Counted from the stretch's first letter, positions 1 through 9,580 are shown. The stretch is DNA of 64,000 nucleotides from Candidatus Latescibacterota bacterium (GCA_965200315.1 OZ241362.1:320001-384000); one strand, 5' to 3'. Made by a program: numbers and translations. Notes: a model not told the origin generated them from the letters alone.

Positions 1-1284
1 CGAACCTTAAAAGAAGAAGAAGAAGAACTGGGCCAAATGCGCGCCGAGTACCAGCAACGTCTAGAATTGGCCAGTGGGTTGCCCGCGGACGAAGCGCGCG
101 AACAGATGATGGAGCATCTGGCCGGCGAAGTCCGCGGACGGGCGGCGGCCATGATCCGCAGTGAGCGCACCAAGGCTAAAGAAGAGTCGGACCGAGAAGC
201 TAAAAAAATCATTGCCCAAGCTATTCAGCGTTGTGCAGTTGAAGAGACCGTCCACTTGGTTACCTCGACCGTGCCCTTGCCCAACGAGGGAATAAAAAGT
301 CGCATCATCGGCAGGGAAGGACGCAACGTGCGTACATTTGAGACGGCGACCGGAGTCAAAGTCGTGGTCGATGATACGCCCGACGCCGTGTTGCTTTCGT
401 CCTACGATCCAGCGCGTCGCGAAGTAGCTAGCCGTGCCATGCAGCAGCTAATCAGCAGCGGCGGTTTCACTCCAACCAAAATTGAGGAAGTGGTAGCGGA
501 GTGCCGCAAGACCCTAGATCAAGATATGGTCGCAGTCGGTAAGAACGCCCTCAACGAGATTGGGGCTAGCCAGTACCACGCTGATTTGCCCTATTACGTG
601 GGCATGCTCAAATATCGCGCTAGCTTTGGACAAAACCTTTTACAACACTGCCTAGAGGTCGCCCATTTGGCCGGAGGGATGGCTGCCGAGGTTGGATTGG
701 ATGTACCGTTGGCCAAGAGGGCGGGCCTCTTGCACGATATCGGCAAGACCATCAGCAAGGAGTTAGAAGGAGGCCACGTCGAATTGGGTATCAAGCTAGG
801 CGAGCAATTCGACGAGCATCCGACCGTCAAGGAAGTCATCGCCGAGCACCACGAGGACCACGATCGTCTTTCGCCGATCTGCTTCTTGGTTAAGGCCGCC
901 GATACTATATCGTCTATACGGCCCGGAGGACGGCGCGAGGACCTCGAAGGTTATACCCGCCGCATCATGCGCTTGGAGGAAATCGCGACTTCGTTTGCGG
1001 GCGTCACAGACGTGTACGCCATCAACGCCGGCCGCGAGATCCGCGTCATGGTCTGCGGCGAACAGGTCGGGGATGAAGACGCCGAGATGCTGGCATTCGA
1101 CATAGCCGAGCGCGTCAAGACCGAGTTGACTTTTGCAGGCCAAGTCAAGGTCGTGGTGGTGCGCCAAACGCAGGTGGTGCGCCATACCGAGCGGGGCCGT
1201 GGCGAGCGGCGCAACAGCGATACGCGCAATAGGAGTGATCGTCGGCCGCGCAACGGAGGCCGTAGAGGGGGTACTGGTAGCTAA
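1..1284 (+). CDS. rny: Ribonuclease Y (5'-truncated by window edge)
   Basis: Frame open from base 1. KH motif RIIGREGRNVRTFE..TGV.VVVDDTP, HD motif HCLEVA...AGLLHDIGK, and ADTISSIRPGGRRE / YAINAGREIRVMV typical of RNase Y. Confidence 0.95.
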   Translation, partial: RTLKEEEEELGQMRAEYQQRLELASGLPADEAREQMMEHLAGEVRGRAAAMIRSERTKAKEESDREAKKIIAQAIQRCAVEETVHLVTSTVPLPNEGIKSRIIGREGRNVRTFETATGVKVVVDDTPDAVLLSSYDPARREVASRAMQQLISSGGFTPTKIEEVVAECRKTLDQDMVAVGKNALNEIGASQYHADLPYYVGMLKYRASFGQNLLQHCLEVAHLAGGMAAEVGLDVPLAKRAGLLHDIGKTISKELEGGHVELGIKLGEQFDEHPTVKEVIAEHHEDHDRLSPICFLVKAADTISSIRPGGRREDLEGYTRRIMRLEEIATSFAGVTDVYAINAGREIRVMVCGEQVGDEDAEMLAFDIAERVKTELTFAGQVKVVVVRQTQVVRHTERGRGERRNSDTRNRSDRRPRNGGRRGGTGS

Positions 1285-1300
1285 ATTCGCCTCAACTAAA

Positions 1301-2467
1301 ATGGCTGACGCCCCTAAAAAAATCGTCGTCCTCGGCTGCACCGGGTCCATTGGCGACACGTGTTTCAAAGTCCTCGAAAACTTGGGAAATGGGTACGAGA
1401 TCGTGGGCTTGGCAGGTGGGTCCAAGGTAGACAAGCTGATCGCACGCGCACGCTGCTGGCAGCCGCAAAAAATTTGCGTTCTAGATACCGAGGCCAGAAA
1501 GTGGGTGCAGAGCGCAGTACCGCAGATTGAGGTGGTTTGCGGTGCAGACGGGCTATGTGAATTGGCCACCATGCCGGAAGTTGATCTGGTGCTCAACGGG
1601 CTTGTCGGTGCTGTCGGCCTCGCTCCGACGCTGGCGGCGTTGGCACAGGGCAAGACCGTGGCCATGGCGAACAAAGAACCTCTAGTCATGGCGGGCGGTC
1701 TGATCTTGCAGCAAGCCGAGCGCGGTGGGGGGACCGTACTGCCATTGGACAGCGAGCCCAATGCCATTTGGCAGTGCCTGAAAGGCGAAAATCGCAAAAG
1801 CCTGAAGCGGATAATTCTCACGGCCTCTGGAGGGCCGTTTTGGGGGCGCAGTCGCGAGCAGATGCGCAACATTACCCCGGAGCAGGCCATTGATCACCCC
1901 ACTTGGAAAATGGGTCCCAAGATCAGCGTGGATTCGGCAACCCTGATGAACAAAGGCTTTGAAGTCATTGAGGCGGCTTGGCTTTTTGGCGTGGAGATCG
2001 AACAAGTGGATGTGGTCGTCCACCGCCAGTCGGTTGTGCATGCGCTGGTTGAATTCGCCGATGGCTCGCTGTTGGCGCACATGGGCAAGACCGATATGAT
2101 GCTGCCGATCCAATACGCGCTGACTCACCCAGAGCGACGGGAGGTTCCTCTCGACAATCTCGACCTCAAACAAGTGGGTCAACTGAGTTTCGCCGCGCCA
2201 GACCGAGCGAATTTCCCCTGTTTGGATTTGTGCTACGAAGCAGGCCAGAGTGGCGGGACCTTTCCAGCCGTTCTCAACGCGGCCAACGAGGAGGCGGTGA
2301 GAGCTTTTTTGGCGCGAAAAATCGGATTTCTCGATATCGCCGACTTGAACCGCGACGTGCTGGCACACTGCGGCACACAGGAGGCGGTTTCGCTCGAATC
2401 CATATTAGACGAGGATCGCTGCGCACGGCGGCTGGCCCGGGAATGGGTTGCCGGGCGGGCGGGGTAA
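1301..2467 (+). CDS. dxr: 1-deoxy-D-xylulose-5-phosphate reductoisomerase
   Basis: LGCTGSIG, ANKEPLV, LPLDSEPNAIWQ, TASGGPF, HPTWKMGPKISVDSATLMNKGFEVIEA motifs; ATG at 1301. Confidence 0.96.
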   Translation: MADAPKKIVVLGCTGSIGDTCFKVLENLGNGYEIVGLAGGSKVDKLIARARCWQPQKICVLDTEARKWVQSAVPQIEVVCGADGLCELATMPEVDLVLNGLVGAVGLAPTLAALAQGKTVAMANKEPLVMAGGLILQQAERGGGTVLPLDSEPNAIWQCLKGENRKSLKRIILTASGGPFWGRSREQMRNITPEQAIDHPTWKMGPKISVDSATLMNKGFEVIEAAWLFGVEIEQVDVVVHRQSVVHALVEFADGSLLAHMGKTDMMLPIQYALTHPERREVPLDNLDLKQVGQLSFAAPDRANFPCLDLCYEAGQSGGTFPAVLNAANEEAVRAFLARKIGFLDIADLNRDVLAHCGTQEAVSLESILDEDRCARRLAREWVAGRAG

Positions 2468-2471
2468 ATTT

Positions 2472-2744
2472 ATGGCGCAAGACACCAACACAGCACGGCA
2501 CAAAGCACTGGCGCTATGCCAGAAGATACTCCGCATTAACACCGGGGTCATACTCGGGGCTTTTGCGCTGATTATCATCCTAACCACGATCTCGACAGCC
2601 GAGTGGGTGCGAGCTACCGGCAAGGCGCTCTACTACGTCATTGCGTTACAGGCTCTCACGTCGGTAGGGACTTGGTACTATCGCACTCGCTTGGAGAAAG
2701 CGCTGGCAAGGGTCGAAGAGGATAGTCCGCATGGAGACCATTAA
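2472..2744 (+). CDS. Small membrane protein, 2 predicted TM helices
   Basis: ORF fills the gap between dxr and queD; two hydrophobic stretches (VILGAFALIIILTTI; ALYYVIALQALTSVG). Confidence 0.7.
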   Translation: MAQDTNTARHKALALCQKILRINTGVILGAFALIIILTTISTAEWVRATGKALYYVIALQALTSVGTWYYRTRLEKALARVEEDSPHGDH

Positions 2745-3171
2745 GGCCCGAGGCAAGTTCCACACCGCCCATCGGCAGCTAGACTACGACGGCAAATGTG
2801 CCCACGTCCACGGGCATACTTGGCGCGGCGCATTCGTCATCCGCACCGAGCGTTTTCCTCGGCTGGAAAAACTGGATATGTCCGTTGACTTTGGCGCGCT
2901 CAAGGACATCTTCAAATTCTTGGATCACAAGATGCTGGTTTCCGCACGGGATGCGATCTTTCTCGACGCCAAGCTCTTTGACCCACAGGGCGTCGTGGTC
3001 ATGCCCGGCGAAAACCCGAGTGTGGAAAACGTGGCCGAGTACTGCCTCGACCAAGCAGTCGAGGTATTGCAGGGGCTGTTCCCACAGCGGGGCTATCAGT
3101 ACCACATTGAAGTTTCGATCCAGGAGACTGACAACAATTTCTTTGTAGCCGACCGCCTTCTCCGTTGCTGA
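2731..3171 (+). CDS. queD: 6-carboxytetrahydropterin synthase / PTPS family
   Basis: FHTAHR...GKCAHVHGH, DFG.LK, LDHK, NPSVEN and ETDNN motifs of the T-fold PTPS/QueD family. Confidence 0.85.
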   Translation: METIKARGKFHTAHRQLDYDGKCAHVHGHTWRGAFVIRTERFPRLEKLDMSVDFGALKDIFKFLDHKMLVSARDAIFLDAKLFDPQGVVVMPGENPSVENVAEYCLDQAVEVLQGLFPQRGYQYHIEVSIQETDNNFFVADRLLRC

Positions 3172-3189
3172 GCAGTGGGGTGCAGAGCT

Positions 3190-3444
3190 ATGGTGCAGGA
3201 AAAGATGATGATTGCCAAGGAGGTTGCCGCCTATCTTCGCTGTTCGCCCTCCACGGTGCGTCGCATGGCCGGTCGCGGCCAGGTTCCCCATTATAGATTT
3301 GGCAAGTTAGTGAGGTTTCGCCTGAGTGAGATCGAGCGTTGGTTAGCCCTGCACCACGAAGGATCGGTGCTCTTGCGGGAAAGGGCGGTGTCGTCCAATT
3401 CAGATCAACTATCCCTCTTCCCGACGGGGGAGGAAAATGGCTGA
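3190..3444 (+). CDS. Excisionase-family (HTH_17) DNA-binding protein
   Basis: AKEVAAYLRCSPSTVRRMAGRGQVPHYRFGKLVRF...IERWL matches the MerR-like excisionase HTH; start 3190 or 3175. Confidence 0.85.
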   Translation: MVQEKMMIAKEVAAYLRCSPSTVRRMAGRGQVPHYRFGKLVRFRLSEIERWLALHHEGSVLLRERAVSSNSDQLSLFPTGEENG

Positions 3445-5713
3445 AGAAGCAAAAAATGTGGTGGTGCTCGGTGCTGGAGTCATGGGAGGGCAAATCGCGG
3501 CCCTGCTCGCAGGCGCGGGCCACAAGGTGCGCCTGCTCGACTTGCCGCTGGCAGGCGATGAGGCGGGCCGTGCGCGTCAGGGGTTGGAAAAGACCCTCGC
3601 GAGCCGACCGCCAGCTTTCTATCTAGCGGAGATGGCCCAACGCATCCAGCTAGGGAGCATGGAGGATCTATCTTGCGTTAGGGCGGCCGATTGGGTTATT
3701 GAAGCCATAGTCGAAGAAAGTGCGCCCAAGCAGGTGCTGCTGGCCCGGCTGGAGCCGTACTTGCACGACGGATTAGTCATCAGCAGCAATACCTCGGGGC
3801 TATCTATCGCCGAACTGGCGCACGGCCGCTCGCCGGAGTTTTGCCGCCGTTTTCTCGGGGCGCATTTCTTCAATCCGCCGCGCTACATGAAGTTGGTCGA
3901 GGTCATCCCCGGGCCTGATACCGACCCAGCCATCGTCCAGCAGATGGTCGATTTTCTCTCCGGAGAGTTGGGCAAGGGCGTGGTCCGCGGCCAAGACACG
4001 CCTAATTTTATCGGCAATCGCCTGTGGATTTTCGCTGCCTGCGACATGTTGCAGCGGATGGAGCGGGATAGGCTGGGCGTGGCCGAAGTTGACACGCTGA
4101 CCGGTCCCCTGATGGGGCGGCCCCCAAGCGCGACCTTGCGCGTCTGCGACATCGTGGGCTTGGACACGGTCGCGCACGTGGCTGAGACCAGCTACGAAGG
4201 ATTGCCGGCAGATCCGTGGCGGTCGCTTTTTGCGATGCCGGCGTTTTATCGGCGCATGTTGGAGGAGAACTTACTCGGGGCCAAGGTCAATGCCGGGTTT
4301 TACCGCAAGGCCGGGGCAGGTATCGAGGCCCTCGATTTGGATACCTTCGCCTACCGATCCGTGCAGAAGGTAGAGTTGGGAGCCTTGGAATCGGCGTTGC
4401 GCGCACGTTTACCGGAACGCCGCCTCCGTGCCTTGTGGTATGATTCCGGTCCGTGGGGCCAGTTGGGGAGGGCGCATCTCATGGCCGTGCTGGCCTACGC
4501 CGCCGAGCACGCGGCCGACATAGCTGGCGATATCGTCCAAATCGATCAGGCGATGCGCTGGGGATTTAACTGGGCGCTCGGTCCTTTTGAATTGTGGGAT
4601 CTCTTCGGCGTCGAAGAGGTCGTCAATGCTCTGGCAGCTAACCAACAGCGGGTCCCCGATCTCGCCGCTCAATTGCTCGACGCAGGTGAAACGCATTTTT
4701 ACCACGAGCAAGGCGCGTTCTCGCCGACTCGGTTGCGGCGCGAAAGCTGGCAGCCGCCAGCCGACGTTTGGGACCAGCTAACTGCCGAGCGAGCCATCTG
4801 GTCCAATGATGGAGCGTACTTGGTCGAGCTAGACGAGGAACTGGGGGTGCTGGTTTTCAGCGGCAAGATGAACGCCTTGGGGCCAGCGGCGCTGGAAGCC
4901 GTCCATCACTCGGTAGATACAGCCTCCTTTGCTGGCTTGGTGCTCGCCGGTGCTGGCTCCTTGTTCTCGGTCGGTGCCGACTTGAAACACGTGGCCAAGC
5001 TCGTCGATGAGAGCGACTGGGCGGTGCTAGAAGCGTTTGTCGCTTCTTTCCAAGAGGCCGTGCAAGCGCTGCGCTACGCACCTTTTCCGGTCGTCGCGGC
5101 CCTCCGCGGCTTGGTGCTGGGCGGCGGGTGCGAGTTCGCCTTGGGTGCTGATGGGCGCGTGGCAACGGCTGAATTAGGCATGGGCTTGGTGGAGACTAAG
5201 GTCGGCCTGATCCCTGGCAGCGGCGGCTGTATGGAGATGGCGCGGCGGGGGGTGAGCGATATAGAATCCGCGTTTGAGACGATTTTTGCCGGAAATTTCA
5301 GCGATAATGCTTTCGAGGCCCGAGCATGGGGTTTCCTCGGTGCTGACGACGAGATTGTCTTTGCCGAGGGCCAACTCTTAAAGCAGGCCGTAGCCAAATT
5401 GCGCAGCCTGCTTGCCACAGGCTACTGCGCTGGTGCGCCGGATGGAGTAGAGGTCGCTGGAGACGAAGGGCTGGCACTTTTGCACGAGCGCCTAGACGAA
5501 GGCCGGGCTGCTGGGCAGCTCAGCGAGCACGACCTAGTCGTAGGGCATGGTCTGGCGCGGGTGCTTACCGGAGGTGGTGGGGTGCGCCGGGAAGCAGAGG
5601 AGCGCGACTTGCTCGATTTAGAACGCGAAGTCTTTCTGCAACTGTGCGGAACCGAGCGTACGCGAGAGCGCATCGCGTACATGCTGCACACAGGTAAACC
5701 ACTGAAGAATTAA
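3437..5713 (+). CDS. fadN: 3-hydroxyacyl-CoA dehydrogenase / enoyl-CoA hydratase fusion (FadN type)
   Basis: VLGAGVMGGQIA Rossmann motif, SSNTSGL, HFFNPPRYMKLVE, DTPNFIGNR; C-terminal crotonase domain FSVGADL, LGGGCE, GLVETKVGLIPGSGG; ends TGKPLKN. Confidence 0.9.
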   Translation: MAEEAKNVVVLGAGVMGGQIAALLAGAGHKVRLLDLPLAGDEAGRARQGLEKTLASRPPAFYLAEMAQRIQLGSMEDLSCVRAADWVIEAIVEESAPKQVLLARLEPYLHDGLVISSNTSGLSIAELAHGRSPEFCRRFLGAHFFNPPRYMKLVEVIPGPDTDPAIVQQMVDFLSGELGKGVVRGQDTPNFIGNRLWIFAACDMLQRMERDRLGVAEVDTLTGPLMGRPPSATLRVCDIVGLDTVAHVAETSYEGLPADPWRSLFAMPAFYRRMLEENLLGAKVNAGFYRKAGAGIEALDLDTFAYRSVQKVELGALESALRARLPERRLRALWYDSGPWGQLGRAHLMAVLAYAAEHAADIAGDIVQIDQAMRWGFNWALGPFELWDLFGVEEVVNALAANQQRVPDLAAQLLDAGETHFYHEQGAFSPTRLRRESWQPPADVWDQLTAERAIWSNDGAYLVELDEELGVLVFSGKMNALGPAALEAVHHSVDTASFAGLVLAGAGSLFSVGADLKHVAKLVDESDWAVLEAFVASFQEAVQALRYAPFPVVAALRGLVLGGGCEFALGADGRVATAELGMGLVETKVGLIPGSGGCMEMARRGVSDIESAFETIFAGNFSDNAFEARAWGFLGADDEIVFAEGQLLKQAVAKLRSLLATGYCAGAPDGVEVAGDEGLALLHERLDEGRAAGQLSEHDLVVGHGLARVLTGGGGVRREAEERDLLDLEREVFLQLCGTERTRERIAYMLHTGKPLKN

Positions 5714-5730
5714 GAAGGGAAGAGGACTTT

Positions 5731-7194
5731 ATGGGCTTGCGTAGTGCCGCCGAGTTCAAAGAAGGCTTGCGCGACGGGCGCGAAGTGTACCATCGAGGAG
5801 AGCGGGTTGAGGACGTAACCGCGCATGACGACTTGGGAATTGGGGTGAATCACGTCGCCTTGGATTTTGAACTGGCCGAGGACCCAGCGCACCGCGACCT
5901 AATGACTTGGCTGGACGAAGACTTGGGCGAACCCGTCAGTCGCTATTTTAAGACGCCGACAGATGCTACGGATTTGCTCAATCGACGTGAGATGATTGAG
6001 CGTTCGACGCGGCTGGGCAGTAGCGTCGTATTGCTAATCAAGGAAATTGGCACCGACGCGCTCTTCGCCCTCGACTTGGTTTCCGATCATTTGGACCAAA
6101 ATGCTGGTGGGCAATACAACGCGCGCGTACAAGCCTTCCACCGCGCGTGCAAGCAGCGCGACCTGAGCTTGGCTGTGGCCCAAACCGACGTAAAAGGAGA
6201 TCGCAGCCTCTTGCCATCGCAGCAAGCGCACCCCGACTACTATGTCCACATTGTCGAGGAGCGGAGCGATGGAATCGTGGTGCGCGGGGCCAAAGCCCAT
6301 ACGACATGTGCCCCATATGTCGATGAACTCGTCGTCTTGCCGACCCGTGCGCTCAAAGAGGAGGACGCGGCCTATGCGGTTGCCTTTGCCACGCCGGTCA
6401 ATGCGCCAGGGCTCAAGCTAATCGCCAGCCCCTTTGGCTCGCCGCCGGTGAGCCAGTTCCACCACCCGGTCAGTTCCGAGCATCGCATGATCGACACGCT
6501 GACGATCTTCGACGATGTCTTTATTCCTAACGAGCGCGTCTTCCTCAAAGGGGAATGGCAATACGCCGGGCCGCTGGCCAACGCCTTTGTCGAATTTCAC
6601 CGCTTTACGGCCTCCTCGTACAAACCGCCGCTCTGCGATCTCTTTATCGGAGCAGCGGTGCTCTTAGCCCGCTATAACGGCATCGCCAAGGCTGGTCACG
6701 TGCGCGAGAAGCTGACCAAGCTTATCACCTATGCCGAGACCGTCCGCGGGCTGACTTTGGCCGCGGCCCACGATTGCCGCATCGCTGCAAACGGCACGGC
6801 CGTGCCCAATATCGTCTTTACCAACTTGGCCAAATTCCACTTTGCCAATAACTATCACCAAGCTGTGTCTTGGGTCCAGGATATTGCCGGAGGATTGGTG
6901 GTCACTGGACCGTCGGAAGAGGACTTGGCCAATCCCGAGACCAAAGACTATATCGAACACTTCTTAGGCGGTGGAAGCGGCGTCGATGCGGAGGCGCGGC
7001 TGAAGGCAATCAACTTGGTGCGCGACCTGACGGCTTCGACCTTTGGTGGTTACAACGAGCTATTGGCCATCCACGCCGAAGGCTCATTGGAAACCCAGAA
7101 AATCACCATTCTGCGCGATTACGACCTCGAGCGCTGTGTCCGGCTGGCCCAAGAAGCCATCGGCTATAGATTGAGCCAAACACCAAATAGTTAA
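5731..7194 (+). CDS. HpaB / 4-hydroxybutyryl-CoA dehydratase-family flavoprotein
   Basis: LRDGREVYHRGERVEDVT, AQTDVKGDRS, DGIVVRGAKAHTT, IFDDVFIPNERVF, QDIAGGLVVTGPS motifs. Confidence 0.85.
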   Translation: MGLRSAAEFKEGLRDGREVYHRGERVEDVTAHDDLGIGVNHVALDFELAEDPAHRDLMTWLDEDLGEPVSRYFKTPTDATDLLNRREMIERSTRLGSSVVLLIKEIGTDALFALDLVSDHLDQNAGGQYNARVQAFHRACKQRDLSLAVAQTDVKGDRSLLPSQQAHPDYYVHIVEERSDGIVVRGAKAHTTCAPYVDELVVLPTRALKEEDAAYAVAFATPVNAPGLKLIASPFGSPPVSQFHHPVSSEHRMIDTLTIFDDVFIPNERVFLKGEWQYAGPLANAFVEFHRFTASSYKPPLCDLFIGAAVLLARYNGIAKAGHVREKLTKLITYAETVRGLTLAAAHDCRIAANGTAVPNIVFTNLAKFHFANNYHQAVSWVQDIAGGLVVTGPSEEDLANPETKDYIEHFLGGGSGVDAEARLKAINLVRDLTASTFGGYNELLAIHAEGSLETQKITILRDYDLERCVRLAQEAIGYRLSQTPNS

Positions 7195-7220
7195 GGAACG
7201 AAAATAAGAAACAAAAAGTG

Positions 7221-7248
7221 TTGATTATATAAATTTAGGCCTTATATT
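7221..7248 (+). promoter_or_regulatory. Putative sigma70 promoter for the sigma factor gene
   Basis: TTGATT-16 bp-TATATT in an AT-rich intergenic region. Confidence 0.5.
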
Positions 7249-7409
7249 AACCTGACCCTTCCCCTATAGGTTTATTCAAAGCTGCTTTTCTTTCGGATGT
7301 AGTTCCCCCAGATCCGAAATTCCCTACTCTTCCATATTAGGTCCCCATCATAGCTTAATGCAGCCAAGAGTCCCCATGCTGGCTCATTAGCAACAGGAGG
7401 CGTCAAGTT

Positions 7410-8255
7410 ATGACTACCTTGCAGACCGATTCTATCGTCGATCAGTATTTCCACGAGATCGAGGATGCTGTCGGGCTATCGTCCGAGGACGAAGTGGCCA
7501 TCGCCCAGCAAATAAAAGAGGGCGATGAAGAAGCCTTATCCAATCTAGTTAAAGCCAACCTTCGCTTTGTCGTAAGCGTGGCGAAGCAATATCAGAATTT
7601 GGGCTTGCCGCTTTCGGATCTGATCAACGAGGGGAATTTGGGGCTTATCATCGCCGCCAAGCGCTTTGACGGCACTAAGGGCTTCAAATTCATCTCCTAT
7701 GCCGTATGGTGGATCCGCCAGTCGATCCTGCAAGCATTGGCCAATCAGTCGCGCATCGTGCGGTTGCCACTCAATCGCATCGGCGAACTGACACGCGTCA
7801 ACAGGGTGCTCAACAAGCTGGAACAGGGGCTAGGGCGTCCCCCAGAAGTGGAGGAAATCGCCGAAGAGCTAGAGGTCGAACCCGGCGATATGGATCTCCT
7901 ATTGAGATTGGCCCAAAGGCCCGTTTCGCTGGAGATGCCCTGCGACGAATCCGAGCCGGATCGCTGTTTCGGCGATCTGATTCCCGACTATAGTCAGCCG
8001 TCCAGCGACGAGGCTCTCTCTATCGACGAGCTCAAAGAGGAGATCTTCAACGCCATGCACGCCCTGACCGAGGGCGAGGCGCGCGTCTTGAAGATGTATT
8101 ACGGTTTGGATGGACACGAGCCGATGACCTTAGAGAAGATCGGGGCCTATGTCGGGCGCACTCGGGAACGAGTGCGGCAAATCAAGGAAAAGGCCCTGCA
8201 GAAGCTCCGCCATCCCGCTCGCTGCGACTCTCTCAAGGAGTACTACGCGGACTAA
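7410..8255 (+). CDS. RpoD/SigA-family sigma70 factor lacking region 1.1
   Basis: LVKANLRFVVSVAKQY, DLINEGNLGL, KFISYAVWWIRQSI, TLEKIG...TRERVRQIKEKALQKLR; RBS AGGAGG at 7395-7400. Confidence 0.93.
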   Translation: MTTLQTDSIVDQYFHEIEDAVGLSSEDEVAIAQQIKEGDEEALSNLVKANLRFVVSVAKQYQNLGLPLSDLINEGNLGLIIAAKRFDGTKGFKFISYAVWWIRQSILQALANQSRIVRLPLNRIGELTRVNRVLNKLEQGLGRPPEVEEIAEELEVEPGDMDLLLRLAQRPVSLEMPCDESEPDRCFGDLIPDYSQPSSDEALSIDELKEEIFNAMHALTEGEARVLKMYYGLDGHEPMTLEKIGAYVGRTRERVRQIKEKALQKLRHPARCDSLKEYYAD

Positions 8256-8316
8256 TTATCTGCTGCTGCGGGGCGAGAAAAGTGGGCGCACAAGGCCGTT
8301 GGTGGCTTGGCCTTAT

Positions 8317-8345
8317 TTGATTTTTGCCCGCTTTTTCGTTAATAT
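8317..8345 (+). promoter_or_regulatory. Putative sigma70 promoter of the tRNA
   Basis: TTGATT-17 bp-TAATAT ending 10 bp upstream of the tRNA. Confidence 0.6.
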
Positions 8346-8355
8346 ATTTGTCTAT

Positions 8356-8431
8356 TCCGCGGTAGCTCAGCTGGCAGAGCGGGTGGCTGTTAACCACTTG
8401 GTCGTAGGTTCGAATCCTACCCGCGGAGCCA
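8356..8431 (+). tRNA. tRNA-Asn (GTT)
   Basis: Acceptor stem TCCGCGG/CCGCGGA, D arm GCTC/GAGC, anticodon loop CTGTTAA, T arm GTAGG-TTCGAAT-CCTAC, encoded CCA; 76 nt. Confidence 0.97.
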
Positions 8432-8437
8432 CCTAAA

Positions 8438-8490
8438 AAAACAGCCGGACCAACCGATCCCGATTCTGGGATAAGGTTGTCCGGCTGTTT
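8438..8490. terminator. Long hairpin, probable bidirectional terminator between tRNA and msrAB
   Basis: AAACAGCCGGAC...GTCCGGCTGTTT inverted repeat, flanked by A and T runs. Confidence 0.75.
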
Positions 8491-8521
8491 GCATTTTTGC
8501 CATGCAACAAGGCCCTCGCGC

Positions 8522-9580
8522 TTACTCAAAGAGGGCCGCGTATTCGTCGTAGCCTTCCTTGGCCAAATCCCCGACGGGAATAAAGCGCAGAGCCGCCGAG
8601 TTGATGCAGTAGCGCATCCCGGTGGGAGGTGGGCCGTCCGCAAAGACGTGCCCGAGATGTGAGTCGGCGTATTTGCTGCGCACCTCGACGCGGGTCATAA
8701 ACAGCGAATTGTCAGTGTGTTCGACGATGTGATCCGGTTCTAGCGGCTGGGTAAAGCTAGGCCAGCCAGTGCCGGATTTGAACTTGTGCTGCGAGCTAAA
8801 GAGGGGCTCGCCGGAAACGATATCGATGTAGATGCCCGCGGCCTTGTTGTCCCAGTACAGGTTTTGGAAGGGCCGCTCGGTGGCGTCTTCCTGAGTGACG
8901 CGAAATTGCAAGTCCGTAAGTTTGACGCGCAAGGAGTCAATGGGAGGTTTGGCGTATTGGACGCTGGCCGTTGCCGTCGGTAGATCTTTGCCCCAAGTCT
9001 CTTCAATAAAGCGGTCCCGGCCCGATCCTCGGCGATAGCGCTTGTAGTTCTGGGGATTCTTTAGATAGTAGTTTTGGTGATACTCCTCGGCCGGATAAAA
9101 GGTGGTGGCTGGGCGGATAGGCGTGACGATGGGTTTGTCAAAGCGGCCCGACTCGTGGATGGCTTGTTTGCTGGCTTCGGCCAAGGTGCGTTGCTCTTCG
9201 TCGTGGTAAAATATGGCCGAGGTATATTGATGGCCGCGGTCGTAAAAAGATCCATCTATATCGGTGGGATCGAATTGGCGCCAGTAGATGTCGAGAAGCT
9301 GGCTATAAGAGACAACCTCGGGATCAAAGGTGACCAGCACGGATTCTATGTGCTTGGTCGCGCCGGAGCTGACCTGCTTGTAGGTCGGGTTTTCGCGCTC
9401 GCCGCCGGTATAGCCAGAAACGGCTCTGGCGACCCCCTCGACTTTGTCAAAGGGCGCTTCAATGCACCAGAAGCACCCCCCAGCAAACGTAGCTTGGGCG
9501 TAGTTTTGGGCGCGGCTGGCTTGCGTACTAAGCACACACAGGGACGCGCCGAGTAGAATGAGTAGTTTGGCGTTCTTCAT
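8522..9580 (-). CDS. msrAB: Exported bifunctional methionine sulfoxide reductase MsrA/MsrB
   Basis: Signal peptide; GGCFWC and [12 protein letters not shown] (MsrA); [14 protein letters not shown] and RYCINSAAL (MsrB). Confidence 0.95.
   Translation of the reverse strand: MKNAKLLILLGASLCVLSTQASRAQNYAQATFAGGCFWCIEAPFDKVEGVARAVSGYTGGERENPTYKQVSSGATKHIESVLVTFDPEVVSYSQLLDIYWRQFDPTDIDGSFYDRGHQYTSAIFYHDEEQRTLAEASKQAIHESGRFDKPIVTPIRPATTFYPAEEYHQNYYLKNPQNYKRYRRGSGRDRFIEETWGKDLPTATASVQYAKPPIDSLRVKLTDLQFRVTQEDATERPFQNLYWDNKAAGIYIDIVSGEPLFSSQHKFKSGTGWPSFTQPLEPDHIVEHTDNSLFMTRVEVRSKYADSHLGHVFADGPPPTGMRYCINSAALRFIPVGDLAKEGYDEYAALFE

Noticed and set aside
2731-3444. queD plus excisionase as a sign of a prophage or 7-deazaguanine DNA-modification (dpd) island
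   Set aside because: No dpdA, queC, queE, folE, integrase or phage genes; both genes are embedded in a housekeeping run.
8356-8521. tRNA-Asn as an integration site for a genomic island
   Set aside because: No integrase nearby and I found no duplicated tRNA 3' end in the window; the flanks are ordinary genes.
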